DNA from: Minisyncoccota bacterium
GTDB lineage: Bacteria > Patescibacteriota > Minisyncoccia > Phycocordibacterales > UBA9973
NCBI GenBank assembly: GCA_041667145.1
Contig: JBAYFP010000001.1
Span: 121,056-185,055, forward strand
Length of the DNA: 64,000 nucleotides
Reading direction: 5' to 3'
Shown here: piece by piece, positions 39,648 through 50,025 of the stretch
Numbering within the stretch: the stretch's first letter is position 1
Layout: every line of letters starts with the position of its first letter
Program-made: the position numbers and the translations under genes
The notes under the pieces: model-generated
What the model saw: only the letters and a program-made list of their open reading frames with translations
Database searches by the model: none
Told to the model about the DNA's origin: nothing

Positions 39648-40199
39648 TTAAAAACCCATCTTTATAAGTTCTTTTTCTATATCTATTTCAGATAAGCCCA
39701 ATCTTCTTAATGTGCTTCTTGTAAGGTCTTTTTGTTTCTTTACCTCGTTAGGATTTTCCCATCCTGGTACGGGTTTTTCTTCTCCTTCTTTATATGAAAA
39801 AACATTTTGTACAGCATGAGCAAGTTCGATTCCTTTTTTACCAGTCAAGAACTGTTTTTTAATTTCAGATATTATTTCCTCAAGATTATTTACATTAACT
39901 TTTTCAAGTGGGATAGCACCAGCCTTAGAAGATTCAACCTGAACATCGTAAGTGATTTTTATTATACCGTGATTGTCTCCTGGATTATTTGAAACAAGAA
40001 AAATTGGAGTTCCTTCTTGAGTTCTCTTTTTTATAATATTATTTAAACGTTCAGGAGAAGTACCTGTCGCAAAAACAAGAAAGACGATTGCATCCTGACC
40101 TTCCGTAAGAAGATCAAATTGTTCTGGTGTAATAATTGGAGTAGCAGTCACTAACAAAACTTTTGCTTCTGGTAATTTTTCAATTTTTATTTCTTCCAT
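39648..40199 (-). CDS. Hypothetical protein resembling the asparaginase C-terminal domain
   Basis: DAIVFLVFATGTSP, GTPIFLVS, KAGAIPL. Confidence 0.55.
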   Translation of the reverse strand: MEEIKIEKLPEAKVLLVTATPIITPEQFDLLTEGQDAIVFLVFATGTSPERLNNIIKKRTQEGTPIFLVSNNPGDNHGIIKITYDVQVESSKAGAIPLEKVNVNNLEEIISEIKKQFLTGKKGIELAHAVQNVFSYKEGEEKPVPGWENPNEVKKQKDLTRSTLRRLGLSEIDIEKELIKMGF

Positions 40200-40235
40200 A
40201 AATTTATTATATCAAAATATGGTTAAAAGCGTTAG

Positions 40236-40306
40236 CTGGGAGACTTGGAATCGAACCAAGATTCACGGCTTCAAAGGCCGCTGTCCTACCGTTAGACGAT
40301 CTCCCA
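40236..40306 (-). tRNA. tRNA-Gln (TTG)
   Basis: TGGGAGA/TCTCCCA acceptor stem, CT-TTG-AA loop, GGTTCGATTCC. Confidence 0.95.
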
Positions 40307-40384
40307 ATATGAACATACATATATAAAGTACACCAAAATAGGTAAAAAAACAACGTTAATTTTAACTTATGATATAATATTTAT

Positions 40385-40774
40385 ATGAAAAAGTTGGAGA
40401 AAGAATCAAAGAATTTTTTAACAGAAAGGGGATGGCATAAGTTAAAACCATCAGATTTAGCTAAATCTATAAGTATTGAATCAGCAGAACTCCTTGAGCT
40501 TTTCCAATGGACTAATCCTAGTTTAGAAGATGTCAAAAAAGATAAAGAAAAAATTTCTGAGATTAAAAAAGAACTTGCTGATGTATTTTTATATAGTATT
40601 TACATGAGTGTTCTCCTTGGATTTGATACTAAAAAAATAATACTCGATAAACTTGAATATGCTCGTAAAAAATTCCCTCCATCTATAGTAAAAAATAAAG
40701 GAGACAAAGAACCCGGAACAGAAGATTTTTATCATAAAATTAAAAAATCATATAGAAGAAAGGGGTTAAGTTAA
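40385..40774 (+). CDS. MazG-like nucleotide pyrophosphohydrolase
   Basis: DLAKSISIESAELLELFQW...KELADV. Confidence 0.88.
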   Translation: MKKLEKESKNFLTERGWHKLKPSDLAKSISIESAELLELFQWTNPSLEDVKKDKEKISEIKKELADVFLYSIYMSVLLGFDTKKIILDKLEYARKKFPPSIVKNKGDKEPGTEDFYHKIKKSYRRKGLS

Positions 40775-40791
40775 AATAATTATAATTATTT

Positions 40792-41412
40792 ATGGAACAA
40801 AATAAGTTTAATAATATAAAAAAACCTGATAATAATTTAGAAAAACGAAGAAATGATGAGGTTATTGTCATTGGTGGAAAAACTGAAGAGGAATTAATTG
40901 ATCTAGCAAGAATAATTTTTGATAAATTAGATAATAATGGTCATCCTGTTTCCTATGAATACTGCAAAGATGGATTATCAAAAGGTGGTGAATTAAGGCC
41001 AAATGGGTTTGCAATTTATTTAATGAAAGGGCAATTGTATATTGATAGTAGGAGTCATAATACTGATAAGGAAATGAAAGCTTTCTTAGAACAAGTAGTG
41101 TTAGAATCACTTGAGGAAGATATAAAAAATGAAAAAATAAATGTAAATCGAAATTTAAAAGAAGAATATATTTCCAATGCAGATTCTGAAGGATATATAT
41201 ATGTAAGAGATTTCGCTATTCCTGAATTAGATAGACAGACAAAAAATATAGCAAGTTTACTTGATGGAGAAGAGGGAACAATGCCTGAATATAATTTAGG
41301 TATAGGATTAAGACATAAAGGATCTGCAGGAAATTATTCTGAAATGAAAATTCATATAGATGATCTTCAAGAATTTATTTGGCGAGTTAAAGCACATTAT
41401 GGGGAAAAATAA
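40792..41412 (+). CDS. Hypothetical protein
   Basis: 206-aa ORF in a co-oriented run; no recognised motif. Confidence 0.7.
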   Translation: MEQNKFNNIKKPDNNLEKRRNDEVIVIGGKTEEELIDLARIIFDKLDNNGHPVSYEYCKDGLSKGGELRPNGFAIYLMKGQLYIDSRSHNTDKEMKAFLEQVVLESLEEDIKNEKINVNRNLKEEYISNADSEGYIYVRDFAIPELDRQTKNIASLLDGEEGTMPEYNLGIGLRHKGSAGNYSEMKIHIDDLQEFIWRVKAHYGEK

Positions 41413-41445
41413 AAAATATTTATTATTAACTTAACAAAAAATTTT

Positions 41446-41748
41446 ATGAAGGAATTTATAAATTTTATCAGAGAACAAGGAGTTATCGGTTTAGCAATTG
41501 GTTTTATTTTAGGAGGAGCTGTGTCTAAAGTAGTGAGTGCTTTTGTGACTGACATTATCAATCCATTATTAAGTATGATTTTAGGAGCTACAGATGGTTT
41601 AAAAACTGCCTCATTTGGCATAGGTTCTTCCCAAATACTCTACGGTGACCTTATCAGTGTTATTATTGATTTTCTTATTATTGCCCTTGTGGTTTATTTT
41701 GGATTTAAAGCATTAGGGATAGAAAAACTCGATAAACCAAAAGTATAA
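41446..41748 (+). CDS. mscL: Large-conductance mechanosensitive channel
   Basis: MKEFINFI...VIGLAIGFILGGA...DIINP...YGDLISVIIDFLII. Confidence 0.9.
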   Translation: MKEFINFIREQGVIGLAIGFILGGAVSKVVSAFVTDIINPLLSMILGATDGLKTASFGIGSSQILYGDLISVIIDFLIIALVVYFGFKALGIEKLDKPKV

Positions 41749-41760
41749 ATTAAATATTTT

Positions 41761-42339
41761 ATGGAAATCCAAAGACCAAAATCAAAACAACCTATTCCAG
41801 ACAATGCTAAGAAGGTTTTCGAAGGTAAAGTTTTTGATGTATATCAATGGGAACAAGAATTATACGACGGAACAAAAACAATATTTGAAAAGTTAAAACG
41901 TCCTGACACTGTAAGCTGTTTTCCTATACTAGATGACGGTAAAATTTTGTTATTAGAACAAGAACAACCTCAAAAAAAATCTTTTATTAGTACTGCTGGT
42001 GGTAGAGTAGATGAAGAAGAAGATATACTTTCTGCAGCAAAAAGAGAACTTCTTGAAGAAACAGGTTATGAAGCCGAAGAATTTATCCTATGGGACGCCC
42101 AACAACCTGTAAGTAAAGTAGAGTGGGCAATATATACCTTTATTGCAAAAGGATTAAAAAAAGTTAAAGAACCGACTCCTGATGCAGGAGAGAAAATAAA
42201 ATTACTACCAGTAACTTTGGATGAACTAATTGATATAGCCATAGATAAGCGTTTTTCTGAAAGAGAAGTAACTTTTAAATTTTTTGAGGCAAAATATGAT
42301 CAAAAGAAAAAAGAAGAATTAAAAGAATTATTTAAATAA
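41761..42339 (+). CDS. NUDIX hydrolase, ADP-ribose pyrophosphatase-like
   Basis: Nudix box GGRVDEEEDILSAAKRELLEETGY. Confidence 0.9.
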   Translation: MEIQRPKSKQPIPDNAKKVFEGKVFDVYQWEQELYDGTKTIFEKLKRPDTVSCFPILDDGKILLLEQEQPQKKSFISTAGGRVDEEEDILSAAKRELLEETGYEAEEFILWDAQQPVSKVEWAIYTFIAKGLKKVKEPTPDAGEKIKLLPVTLDELIDIAIDKRFSEREVTFKFFEAKYDQKKKEELKELFK

Positions 42340-42343
42340 ACAA

Positions 42344-42939
42344 ATGGAATCCACACAAGATAAACTCAACAAATTTAAACAACTTACAATAAAAAATTGT
42401 GAAAATGTTGATTTTCCATACAGAGAATGGTTTGTAAATGACCATTTAAATATTGTTGAGAAAATAGCGATAGAACTTTGTGATATATACAAAGAAGCTG
42501 ATAGAGATATAGTTTTTGCTTTAGTCTGGTTCCATGATTTTGGACAAGCTTTAGATTTAAAAAACATATATGAAGTGACAAAAGAAAAAGGAGTAGAGGC
42601 TATGAAAAGTGTAGGGCTACCTCAGGATTTTATAGATAAAGTTGTAAAACTTTGGGAAAGAATAGAAATGAAAAACGAAATAAATATATCAAAGGAACCA
42701 ATCGAAGTACAGATAGTGAGTACCGCCGACGGTGCTTCACATTTTACAGGGAAGTTTTATTCAACATATTTTGAGGATCTACAGAAAGAAGGAGTAAAAT
42801 CTATAGAAGAAGAGCTCAAAAAAAAATAAAAGTCGATTGGGAAAGAAAAATTGTATTGCCTGAAGTCAAAAAAGCATTTAAAGATAGATATCCAAAAGCA
42901 TTAGAAATAACAGGAGAATATCCAGAAAAATTTATATAA
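42344..42939 (+). pseudogene. HD-domain protein split by a -1 frameshift at an A9 run (42818-42826)
   Basis: HLNIV...WFHDFG...STADGASH; -1 frame continues IKVDWERKIVLPEVKKAFKDRYPKALEITGEYPEKFI to TAA 42937-42939, 5 nt before the next ATG. Confidence 0.75.
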
Positions 42940-42944
42940 ATTTT

Positions 42945-43514
42945 ATGAAATTAGAATCATTTACAAATCTATTTTTGACAGAACAAGAAAAAACTAGACA
43001 AGAAAAACAGAAAGAATGGAATAAATTGGAACATCAAATTGAAGAATATGGAGGGTTTGATGAAAAAATAAAATTACTTGTCATTGCTCTTTGGGCTAAT
43101 AAATTTCCTACTTATGAATCTTGTGAAGGTCATTTTGACCCTAATCAATGTCAATATAATTGTCCAACAATTCATATTGGCTATTACCCAGATCGTATTG
43201 ATGACCTACAACTTTATAGCGATTATGATCACGTTGTAAGTGAAAAAGAAAGAGAAGAAAGATTACCTCAAATTATAAAAGAAAATGAAATACTTAAAAT
43301 TCATATAGAGTTTCTTCTAGATGAATTCAATAAGAAAAGAAAAAGCGAACAAAAATATAAATTAAATATTAAAGAAACCCATTATAATACTTTTGCTTTG
43401 AGTACAGAATCAATAGTCAATAAGGCAGATCCATATATTGCACTTCAAGATCAACAAAAACTTATGAGTGAATTCGGCATTTTCTTAAAAGAAAAATATT
43501 TTGATTCAAAATGA
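42945..43514 (+). CDS. Hypothetical protein with TxxSCEGH motif
   Basis: FDEKIKLLVIALWANKFPTYESCEGH. Confidence 0.7.
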   Translation: MKLESFTNLFLTEQEKTRQEKQKEWNKLEHQIEEYGGFDEKIKLLVIALWANKFPTYESCEGHFDPNQCQYNCPTIHIGYYPDRIDDLQLYSDYDHVVSEKEREERLPQIIKENEILKIHIEFLLDEFNKKRKSEQKYKLNIKETHYNTFALSTESIVNKADPYIALQDQQKLMSEFGIFLKEKYFDSK

Positions 43515-44026
43515 ATAACATCCCCGAATTTGGAATAAAAAGAGAAAATGAAGAAAGGAGAGATGGCGGATGCGCTGTTGTTTTTGATCCTGAAAATCAG
43601 AAATATGCAGTTTATAGAAATTTAAAAAATCAAATGTTGGGACTTTATGGTGGAGGATTTGATGAGGGAGAAGATGAAGAAGAAGGTGCATTAAGAGAGT
43701 TAACAGAAGAAAGTGGATTATACGATTTTTTATACATTGAAAAAGTAGAAAAAGTATTAACGCACTATTTTAATTTTAATAAAAAGAAAAATAGAGTAGC
43801 ACTTGCCACATGTTTTCTAGTGATATTAAAAAGTACAAAATTAAAACAAACTAAACTCGAAGAACATGAAAAATTTGAATTAGAATGGGTGAACCCTGAA
43901 GAATTATTCTCTATTTGGAAGTCTCATAGTGAGAATAAAAATTATGATCATTGGATATACTTTTTAGAAAAAGCTGTCAATCGTGCTATAGAGCTCGGCT
44001 ACGACAAAACAAGCTCAAAAATATAA
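43511..44026 (+). CDS. NUDIX hydrolase
   Basis: GGGFDEGEDEEEGALRELTEESGL. Confidence 0.88.
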   Translation: MNNIPEFGIKRENEERRDGGCAVVFDPENQKYAVYRNLKNQMLGLYGGGFDEGEDEEEGALRELTEESGLYDFLYIEKVEKVLTHYFNFNKKKNRVALATCFLVILKSTKLKQTKLEEHEKFELEWVNPEELFSIWKSHSENKNYDHWIYFLEKAVNRAIELGYDKTSSKI

Positions 44027-44077
44027 ATAAAGCTTAATTTTATCTTCAGCATTAATTATGTTATAATGTCCCTTACT

Positions 44078-45625
44078 ATGCAAAAAATCAAAGGAATATG
44101 GGGGAAAATAATGGTTTTATCGCTCACTAAAAAGATAATTTATGGGGTTATCCTGATTATCGTTATTTTAGTAGCTTATATGATCTTTAAACCTACTAAT
44201 AATAGCGCAAATATCACTACAGACACTGTAAAACTCATGGATTTAAAGCAGACTGTCTTGGCTACTGGTCAAGTGACATCAAATACTGATTTAAATTTAT
44301 CATTCTTTAGTAGTGGAATAGTTCGTTCTGTAAAAGTGAATGTAGGAGACACAGTAAAAGCTGGACAAATTCTAGCTACCCTTGATCAAGGCAATGAACT
44401 TGCCGCACTCACACAAGCACGTGGAGCTGTCGCAGGAGCTCAGGCTAAATACCAAAGTCTTTTAGATGGTGCGTCAAGTGATGAAATAAATTTATCTCAA
44501 ATTGCCCTCGATAATGCAAAACGAGATTTTGACAGATTAAAATTACAACAGGAATTACTCGTAAATAATGCCTACAGAAATTTATTAAATTCTACACTTG
44601 AAGTAGAGAAAGAGGCAGATTCAAGCGACTACACTGCACCTACAGTTAGTGGAAATTATAATTTAGATAAGGAAGGTTTTATAAGAATCAGTGTCAGTAT
44701 GAATGGTACTCATTATACAGCCATGGGGCTTACTGTTGGAGATGGGGTAGTAAATAGTATTGTGCCACAACCGATAGGAAATTCAGGACTTTATATAATT
44801 TTCCCAACAAACGAAACGTTAAATTATACAGATTGGATAATAACCATTCCAAACAAAAAAGCACCAAATTATATCTCAAACAATAATGCATACGAAGCAG
44901 CTCTAAAAACAGAAGATTCTGTCCTTGGTTCTGCACAAGCTTTAGTAGATCAACGCACGGCAGAACTTACATTAAAAAAAGCAGGGGCTCGTTCTGCTGA
45001 TATAGATCTCGCAAAAGCAAATATTCTTACAGCGCAAGGTCAATTGGAATCAGCTAGTGCAAATTATGAACATACTATTCTCCGCGCTCCCGCAGGTGGA
45101 ACTATCACAAGAGTGGATGTAAAAGTGGGTGAACTTACTCAAGCATTGAAAGATGTGATGACTGTCCAAGATGTAAACAATGTATACTTAGAAGCAAATA
45201 TAAATGAAGCTAATATTACAAGCATTAAAGTTGGAGCTCCCATAGATATTACTTTTGATGCTTTTAGCACAGATCAAATATTTAAAGGAAATATTGTAAA
45301 AATTGATCCCGCTTCCACTATTATTTCTGGAGTTGTAAATTATAAAATCACTGCAAACATTTTAAATGGCCCTGCACTTCGTCCAGGAATGACGGCCAAT
45401 ATGACTATCCTTGTCGGAGAAAAAAATAGCATTTTGACTATTCCTTCACGCGCAATAATTAAAGATAAAACTGGTAAAAAGACGGTCCGCGTTGTGACAG
45501 ATACAAAAACTAAAACATACACAGAAGTAGGAGTAACAACGGGCATGGAAGGAGATGGCGGACTCACAGAAATCACTAGTGGTCTTACAGAAGGAGAAGA
45601 AATTGTCGTATTAATTAAAAAATAA
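44078..45625 (+). CDS. MacA/HlyD-type periplasmic adaptor subunit
   Basis: N-terminal TM, VNVGDTVKAGQILATLD, coiled coil, LRAPAGG, LRPGMTA; track start 44066 overlaps a -10 box, so ATG 44078 preferred. Confidence 0.9.
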   Translation: MQKIKGIWGKIMVLSLTKKIIYGVILIIVILVAYMIFKPTNNSANITTDTVKLMDLKQTVLATGQVTSNTDLNLSFFSSGIVRSVKVNVGDTVKAGQILATLDQGNELAALTQARGAVAGAQAKYQSLLDGASSDEINLSQIALDNAKRDFDRLKLQQELLVNNAYRNLLNSTLEVEKEADSSDYTAPTVSGNYNLDKEGFIRISVSMNGTHYTAMGLTVGDGVVNSIVPQPIGNSGLYIIFPTNETLNYTDWIITIPNKKAPNYISNNNAYEAALKTEDSVLGSAQALVDQRTAELTLKKAGARSADIDLAKANILTAQGQLESASANYEHTILRAPAGGTITRVDVKVGELTQALKDVMTVQDVNNVYLEANINEANITSIKVGAPIDITFDAFSTDQIFKGNIVKIDPASTIISGVVNYKITANILNGPALRPGMTANMTILVGEKNSILTIPSRAIIKDKTGKKTVRVVTDTKTKTYTEVGVTTGMEGDGGLTEITSGLTEGEEIVVLIKK

Positions 45626-45628
45626 TTC

Positions 45629-46345
45629 ATGTTAATACAACTAAAAAATATCACAAAAGAATACGACAACAGTGGTGTCATTACTAAAGTTCTCCGAGGA
45701 GTAAGTCTAGATGTAGAGGAAGGAGAATTTTTAGCTATAATGGGCCCATCTGGTTCTGGTAAATCGACCCTAATGCATATAATAGGTTTTCTTGATCGTG
45801 CAACGAATGGTACATATCTCTTTGATAATGAAGACATAAAGAATTTTAATGATAATGAACTTGCTTATATTCGTAATGATAGAATCGGTTTCGTTTTTCA
45901 ATCATTCAATCTTCTTGCACGTACTTCTGTACTAGACAATGTGATCCTTCCACTTACTTATAGTAAAAAGAAAAATCATGTGGAATTAGCTACTGAAGCA
46001 TTAAGGGCAGTAGGACTGGAAAATAGATTAAATTTTCTTTCAAATCAGATATCTGGAGGTCAAAAGCAACGTGTAGCCATAGCTCGTGCCCTCGTCTGTG
46101 ATCCGAAAGTTATTTTTGCAGATGAACCGACAGGAAACCTCGATTCAAAAAGTGGTGCGACAGTCATGAGTATTTTGGGGCGTCTAAATAACGAAGGTCG
46201 CACTATTATCCTCGTCACTCATGATAGGACAGTCGCCGAACATGCTAATCGTATCATCACCATCAGAGATGGATCTATAGTTTCGGACGAAAAAAATGCT
46301 AATCCAAGAAGAAGCAAAATTGAAACTGTAGAAGAAGATATATAA
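45629..46345 (+). CDS. MacB-type ABC ATPase
   Basis: [26 protein letters not shown]. Confidence 0.95.
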   Translation: MLIQLKNITKEYDNSGVITKVLRGVSLDVEEGEFLAIMGPSGSGKSTLMHIIGFLDRATNGTYLFDNEDIKNFNDNELAYIRNDRIGFVFQSFNLLARTSVLDNVILPLTYSKKKNHVELATEALRAVGLENRLNFLSNQISGGQKQRVAIARALVCDPKVIFADEPTGNLDSKSGATVMSILGRLNNEGRTIILVTHDRTVAEHANRIITIRDGSIVSDEKNANPRRSKIETVEEDI

Positions 46346-46346
46346 T

Positions 46347-47612
46347 ATGTCGCATTTTTTAAAAAGTATAAAAACTGTAATTAAAAACCTTCTATCACGT
46401 AAAGCTAGAAGTTTTTTGACTGTCTTAGGGATTGTCATCGGCGTAGCTGGAGTAATTATTATTATTTCCATTGGAGCAGGTGCTCAAGCATTAGTCTTAG
46501 GGCAAATCACAAAACTTGGTACAAATATTATAGGAGTTCTCCCAGGTAAAAGTAATGAAAACGGACCACCCGCTTCAGTCTTCGGAGTTCAAATAAAAAC
46601 ATTAATAGACAATGACGTTTCCGCTATAGAAGATAAAGGAAGAGTTCCACACGCAGAAGAGGTGGCAGCTTTTGTTCGAGGTAATGTGACAGTTATAGCT
46701 GGCAGTGAATCAGCAGATACGACTTTCACTGCGACAGACGGTAGTTATCCGCGTGTCCAAAATGTGACAATGGCTCAAGGTACATTTTTTTCTGACGAAG
46801 AAGGAAGAGCAGGAGCAAATGTGATAGTGTTAGGATCCGATGTTGCTGAACAATTATTTCCGAATGGAGGGGAACTCGGTTCAATCGTAAAAATACAAAA
46901 TAGTGGAAACACTTTTGGTAGCATTCCATTTAGAGTAATAGGAGTCCAGGAAAAACTCGGCACAGTAGCCTTTCAAAACCAAGATGATCAAGTATTTATT
47001 CCTTTTACAATAGGGCAAAGGCAAATTTTAGGTATTGATTATATTCAATTTATCAGAATTAAAGTAGATACCTCTCTAAATGTAAAAAATACTATAGCAG
47101 ACGTAGAACAAGTACTTCGAGAAGAACATCGTATAAAAAATCCCGCGGATGATGATTTTTCAGTAAGAGATTTAGCTGATGCTATAAAAATACTTACAAG
47201 TATTACGGATGGTCTACGAATGTTCCTAGGCCTTATGGCAGGAATATCACTCATCGTAGGAGGTATCGGCATTATGAATATTATGCTTGTCACAGTTTCT
47301 GAGCGTACTCGAGAAATAGGTTTACGAAAAGCTTTAGGCGCGACAACTCATCAGATCCGTAATCAATTTTTGATTGAAGCTGTCATGCTTACTGGAGTAG
47401 GAGGAATAATGGGTATCATCGTCGGTATTATTATATCCTACCTTATAGCCTTAGGAGCGCGTTATGCTGGATATGATTGGGCTTTCGTCATCTCACCGGC
47501 AGCTATTCTTTTGGCCGTCTTTGTATCAACCTTGACCGGTATAGTTTTCGGGCTTTTTCCAGCATTCAAAGCTGCTAAACTTGACCCAATAGACGCATTA
47601 AGATACGAGTAG
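46347..47612 (+). CDS. MacB-type ABC permease
   Basis: RSFLTVLGIVIG, GIMNIMLVTVSERTREIG, LDPIDALRYE. Confidence 0.95.
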   Translation: MSHFLKSIKTVIKNLLSRKARSFLTVLGIVIGVAGVIIIISIGAGAQALVLGQITKLGTNIIGVLPGKSNENGPPASVFGVQIKTLIDNDVSAIEDKGRVPHAEEVAAFVRGNVTVIAGSESADTTFTATDGSYPRVQNVTMAQGTFFSDEEGRAGANVIVLGSDVAEQLFPNGGELGSIVKIQNSGNTFGSIPFRVIGVQEKLGTVAFQNQDDQVFIPFTIGQRQILGIDYIQFIRIKVDTSLNVKNTIADVEQVLREEHRIKNPADDDFSVRDLADAIKILTSITDGLRMFLGLMAGISLIVGGIGIMNIMLVTVSERTREIGLRKALGATTHQIRNQFLIEAVMLTGVGGIMGIIVGIIISYLIALGARYAGYDWAFVISPAAILLAVFVSTLTGIVFGLFPAFKAAKLDPIDALRYE

Positions 47613-47650
47613 TTATAAAGTAGAAAGTTGTAAAGTTTATAAAGAAAAAA

Positions 47651-48910
47651 ATGAAATCATATTTTTTACAAGCAATAAGAGGAATCACACATAACAAAAG
47701 TCGCACTTTTTTGACGACTCTTGGCATTATGATAGGCATAGGTACAGTCGTACTCGTGCTTTCTGCTGGAGAAGGTTTTAAAAGTTATATCAATGCTCAG
47801 GTAGAAATGTTTGGTTCAAATACACTTTCTATAGAAACAGCAGTTCCGCCTTCAACAAAAACTCGTAATGCAAATGCAAAAAATAATGACTTACAAAATA
47901 GTTCTGCAAACAATGCTGTTCCTATTACCACTTTAAAAAATAAAGATATCCAGGATATAAAAAATATACCGAATGTAAAAAATGCCTATGGTGCTAGTGT
48001 CGCACAAGAAGTAGTGACATATGGTAGTGTTTCAAAAAATGTTTTTATCTTTGGTGCAGATGCTTCTCGTTTTGATATTGATAAAGGAGTAATAGCTTCT
48101 GGGCGTCCATACACAGAAGAAGAAAATAAAAGTCTAGCTCAAGTGGCCATATTGGGTAGCACTATTGCCACAGATTTATTTGGAGAAAATGATCCCTTAG
48201 GCAAGCTCATTCGAGTAGGGAATTACAATTTAGAAGTAATAGGTGTATATGAACCTCGCGGAAGTCTAGGATCTACTGATGATGAACAAGTTTTTATACC
48301 TATCACGACATTACAAAAAAAGTTCTTAGGGATAGATTATCTTTTTTATGGAATTGTAGAGCTTGCTGATGGAAATAAAGCTGACGCTACTGCTCTCGAT
48401 GTGAGTGACATGATTCGTCGAAATCATTCGATTACAGACCCAGCAAAAGATGACTTCGTTGTAAAAACACAAGCTCAAAACCTAGAAACATTTAATACTA
48501 TTTTAAATGCTGTGACATTTCTCCTTATTGCTATCGCGCTCATCTCGCTCGTCGTCGGAGGAGTGGGAGTCATGAATATTATGTACGTCGTCGTTACGGA
48601 AAGAATAGGGGAGATAGGATTGAAAAAAGCATTAGGTGCTCGTAATAAAGATATTTTATTTGAATTTCTTATTGAGGCTGTACTTTTGACTCTTCTAGGT
48701 GGAGTAATTGGAATTCTAGGAGGTGCAGCACTTTCTTATGCAGTAGCAAAAATCGCCCAAAGCTTTAATTTTGCTTGGAGTTTTATCGTTCCGCTTTATG
48801 GCATTATTTTATCTGTTTCAATGTCTATGATAATAGGAATCATTTTCGGTGTCTTCCCAGCACGTAGTGCCTCACTCCTAAACCCAATCGAGGCCTTGAA
48901 TAAAGAATAG
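47651..48910 (+). CDS. Second MacB-type ABC permease
   Basis: RTFLTTLGIMIG, GVMNIMYVVVTERIGEIG, LNPIEAL. Confidence 0.95.
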   Translation: MKSYFLQAIRGITHNKSRTFLTTLGIMIGIGTVVLVLSAGEGFKSYINAQVEMFGSNTLSIETAVPPSTKTRNANAKNNDLQNSSANNAVPITTLKNKDIQDIKNIPNVKNAYGASVAQEVVTYGSVSKNVFIFGADASRFDIDKGVIASGRPYTEEENKSLAQVAILGSTIATDLFGENDPLGKLIRVGNYNLEVIGVYEPRGSLGSTDDEQVFIPITTLQKKFLGIDYLFYGIVELADGNKADATALDVSDMIRRNHSITDPAKDDFVVKTQAQNLETFNTILNAVTFLLIAIALISLVVGGVGVMNIMYVVVTERIGEIGLKKALGARNKDILFEFLIEAVLLTLLGGVIGILGGAALSYAVAKIAQSFNFAWSFIVPLYGIILSVSMSMIIGIIFGVFPARSASLLNPIEALNKE

Positions 48911-48976
48911 AATTATAGTATAATTTATTCATATAATTATTGTAAATTGAAAAATTCATATTACTAGTATAGGAGA

Positions 48977-49366
48977 ATGGTTATGAAACTCTCGGAACTG
49001 TTATCAATGTTTGGCATAATTTGTGGTGTAAATATAATAATTAGTTTAGAAAAAATATTTTCCTCAAACTCAATTCAACAAGCGTATAATGAGTTGGCAT
49101 TGGCTATTGTCTTCTCATTAATATTCATTGCATTTCTTTCTGTAAGTGGCATTGTTGTACACCTGGGAAAGGATCTAAAAATATTAAAAATAAAAAGGAG
49201 TACAAGGTTGTTAACTTGTGGGATTTTTTCTCTCATAGGAATAGTAATTGTTCCTTATTTCTATATATACTCCTCACCGTTTCTCATTATAAATATAACA
49301 ATACTCACAATAATAAGTGCAGACAACTTTTCTAAGGCAAAAAAAGAATTAGATGTCTCATCGTAA
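48977..49366 (+). CDS. Hypothetical membrane protein, about 4 TM
   Basis: Hydrophobic segments; AGGAGA upstream; hairpin downstream. Confidence 0.65.
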   Translation: MVMKLSELLSMFGIICGVNIIISLEKIFSSNSIQQAYNELALAIVFSLIFIAFLSVSGIVVHLGKDLKILKIKRSTRLLTCGIFSLIGIVIVPYFYIYSSPFLIINITILTIISADNFSKAKKELDVSS

Positions 49367-49374
49367 ATCGACGT

Positions 49375-49428
49375 AAATCCGCTTCGGTAAGAGTAGAAAG
49401 ATCTACTCATATACTGAGCGGATTTTTC
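49375..49428 (+). terminator. Long hairpin/terminator
   Basis: AAATCCGCT...GAGTAGA-AAGA-TCTACTC...GAGCGGATTTTT. Confidence 0.7.
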
Positions 49429-49430
49429 TA

Positions 49431-49516
49431 TTTAGACGTTGGACGTCTCAGGAAGACGTACAACGTCAAGAAACTCAGACGTTGTACACCTGGGTACTCC
49501 CTGATGTCCAACGTCT
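49431..49516 (-). repeat. Family B REP-like element, inverted copy of 10680-10765
   Basis: One mismatch in 86 nt. Confidence 0.93.
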
Positions 49517-49553
49517 GTAAATCCTTATTTTATAAGCTTTATTCAATTTTTAC

Positions 49554-49582
49554 TTGACATACAACTTCATATATGCTATACT
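49554..49582 (+). promoter_or_regulatory. Near-consensus sigma70 promoter
   Basis: TTGACA-17 nt-TATACT with TG extension; AGGAG at 49630-49634. Confidence 0.75.
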
Positions 49583-49639
49583 CTATGTAGTTTTGTACCA
49601 TAAAAATAATATATTTATTCATTCACAATAGGAGTTTTT

Positions 49640-50011
49640 ATGAAGAAATTAGCAATATTTTCATCCCCCATTTTTACCTATATCTCAGTGGGGCTCAACA
49701 TAATCTTCTTACTTGTCTTAATTGCGGGGATAAGTAGTGGTTACTTTCCACTTCCCCCTAAGTTACAACAGGTGGGAGAATTAGCGGTTAAAAATGAAGA
49801 GGGGATTTTCGTTGCAAAAATAACGAAGGAATGTGGTCCCCCCCCTCACATCGGAGATAGAGTTACTATTGGGAGAGATGGGAGAGAGAAAAAGAACCCT
49901 CTATATTACTTTATAAGTGACTCCGTTTTTTCTACGCACAAAGTGACTCCGGATAGTCTTATAAAGTTCGGTCTTGAATTCAAGAAAGGAACTGTCATTG
50001 CGATGCAATGA
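49640..50011 (+). CDS. Hypothetical single-TM protein
   Basis: Own promoter, SD and terminator. Confidence 0.7.
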   Translation: MKKLAIFSSPIFTYISVGLNIIFLLVLIAGISSGYFPLPPKLQQVGELAVKNEEGIFVAKITKECGPPPHIGDRVTIGRDGREKKNPLYYFISDSVFSTHKVTPDSLIKFGLEFKKGTVIAMQ

Positions 50012-50025
50012 CCAGGTACCTAATC

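Noticed and set aside
40385-44026. Integron cassette array
   Set aside because: Spacers are 0-33 nt of AT-rich sequence with no attC-like inverted repeats, and there is no integrase
47611-47645. Short AAAGT-type tandem motif between the two permease genes
   Set aside because: Low-complexity, degenerate and single occurrence
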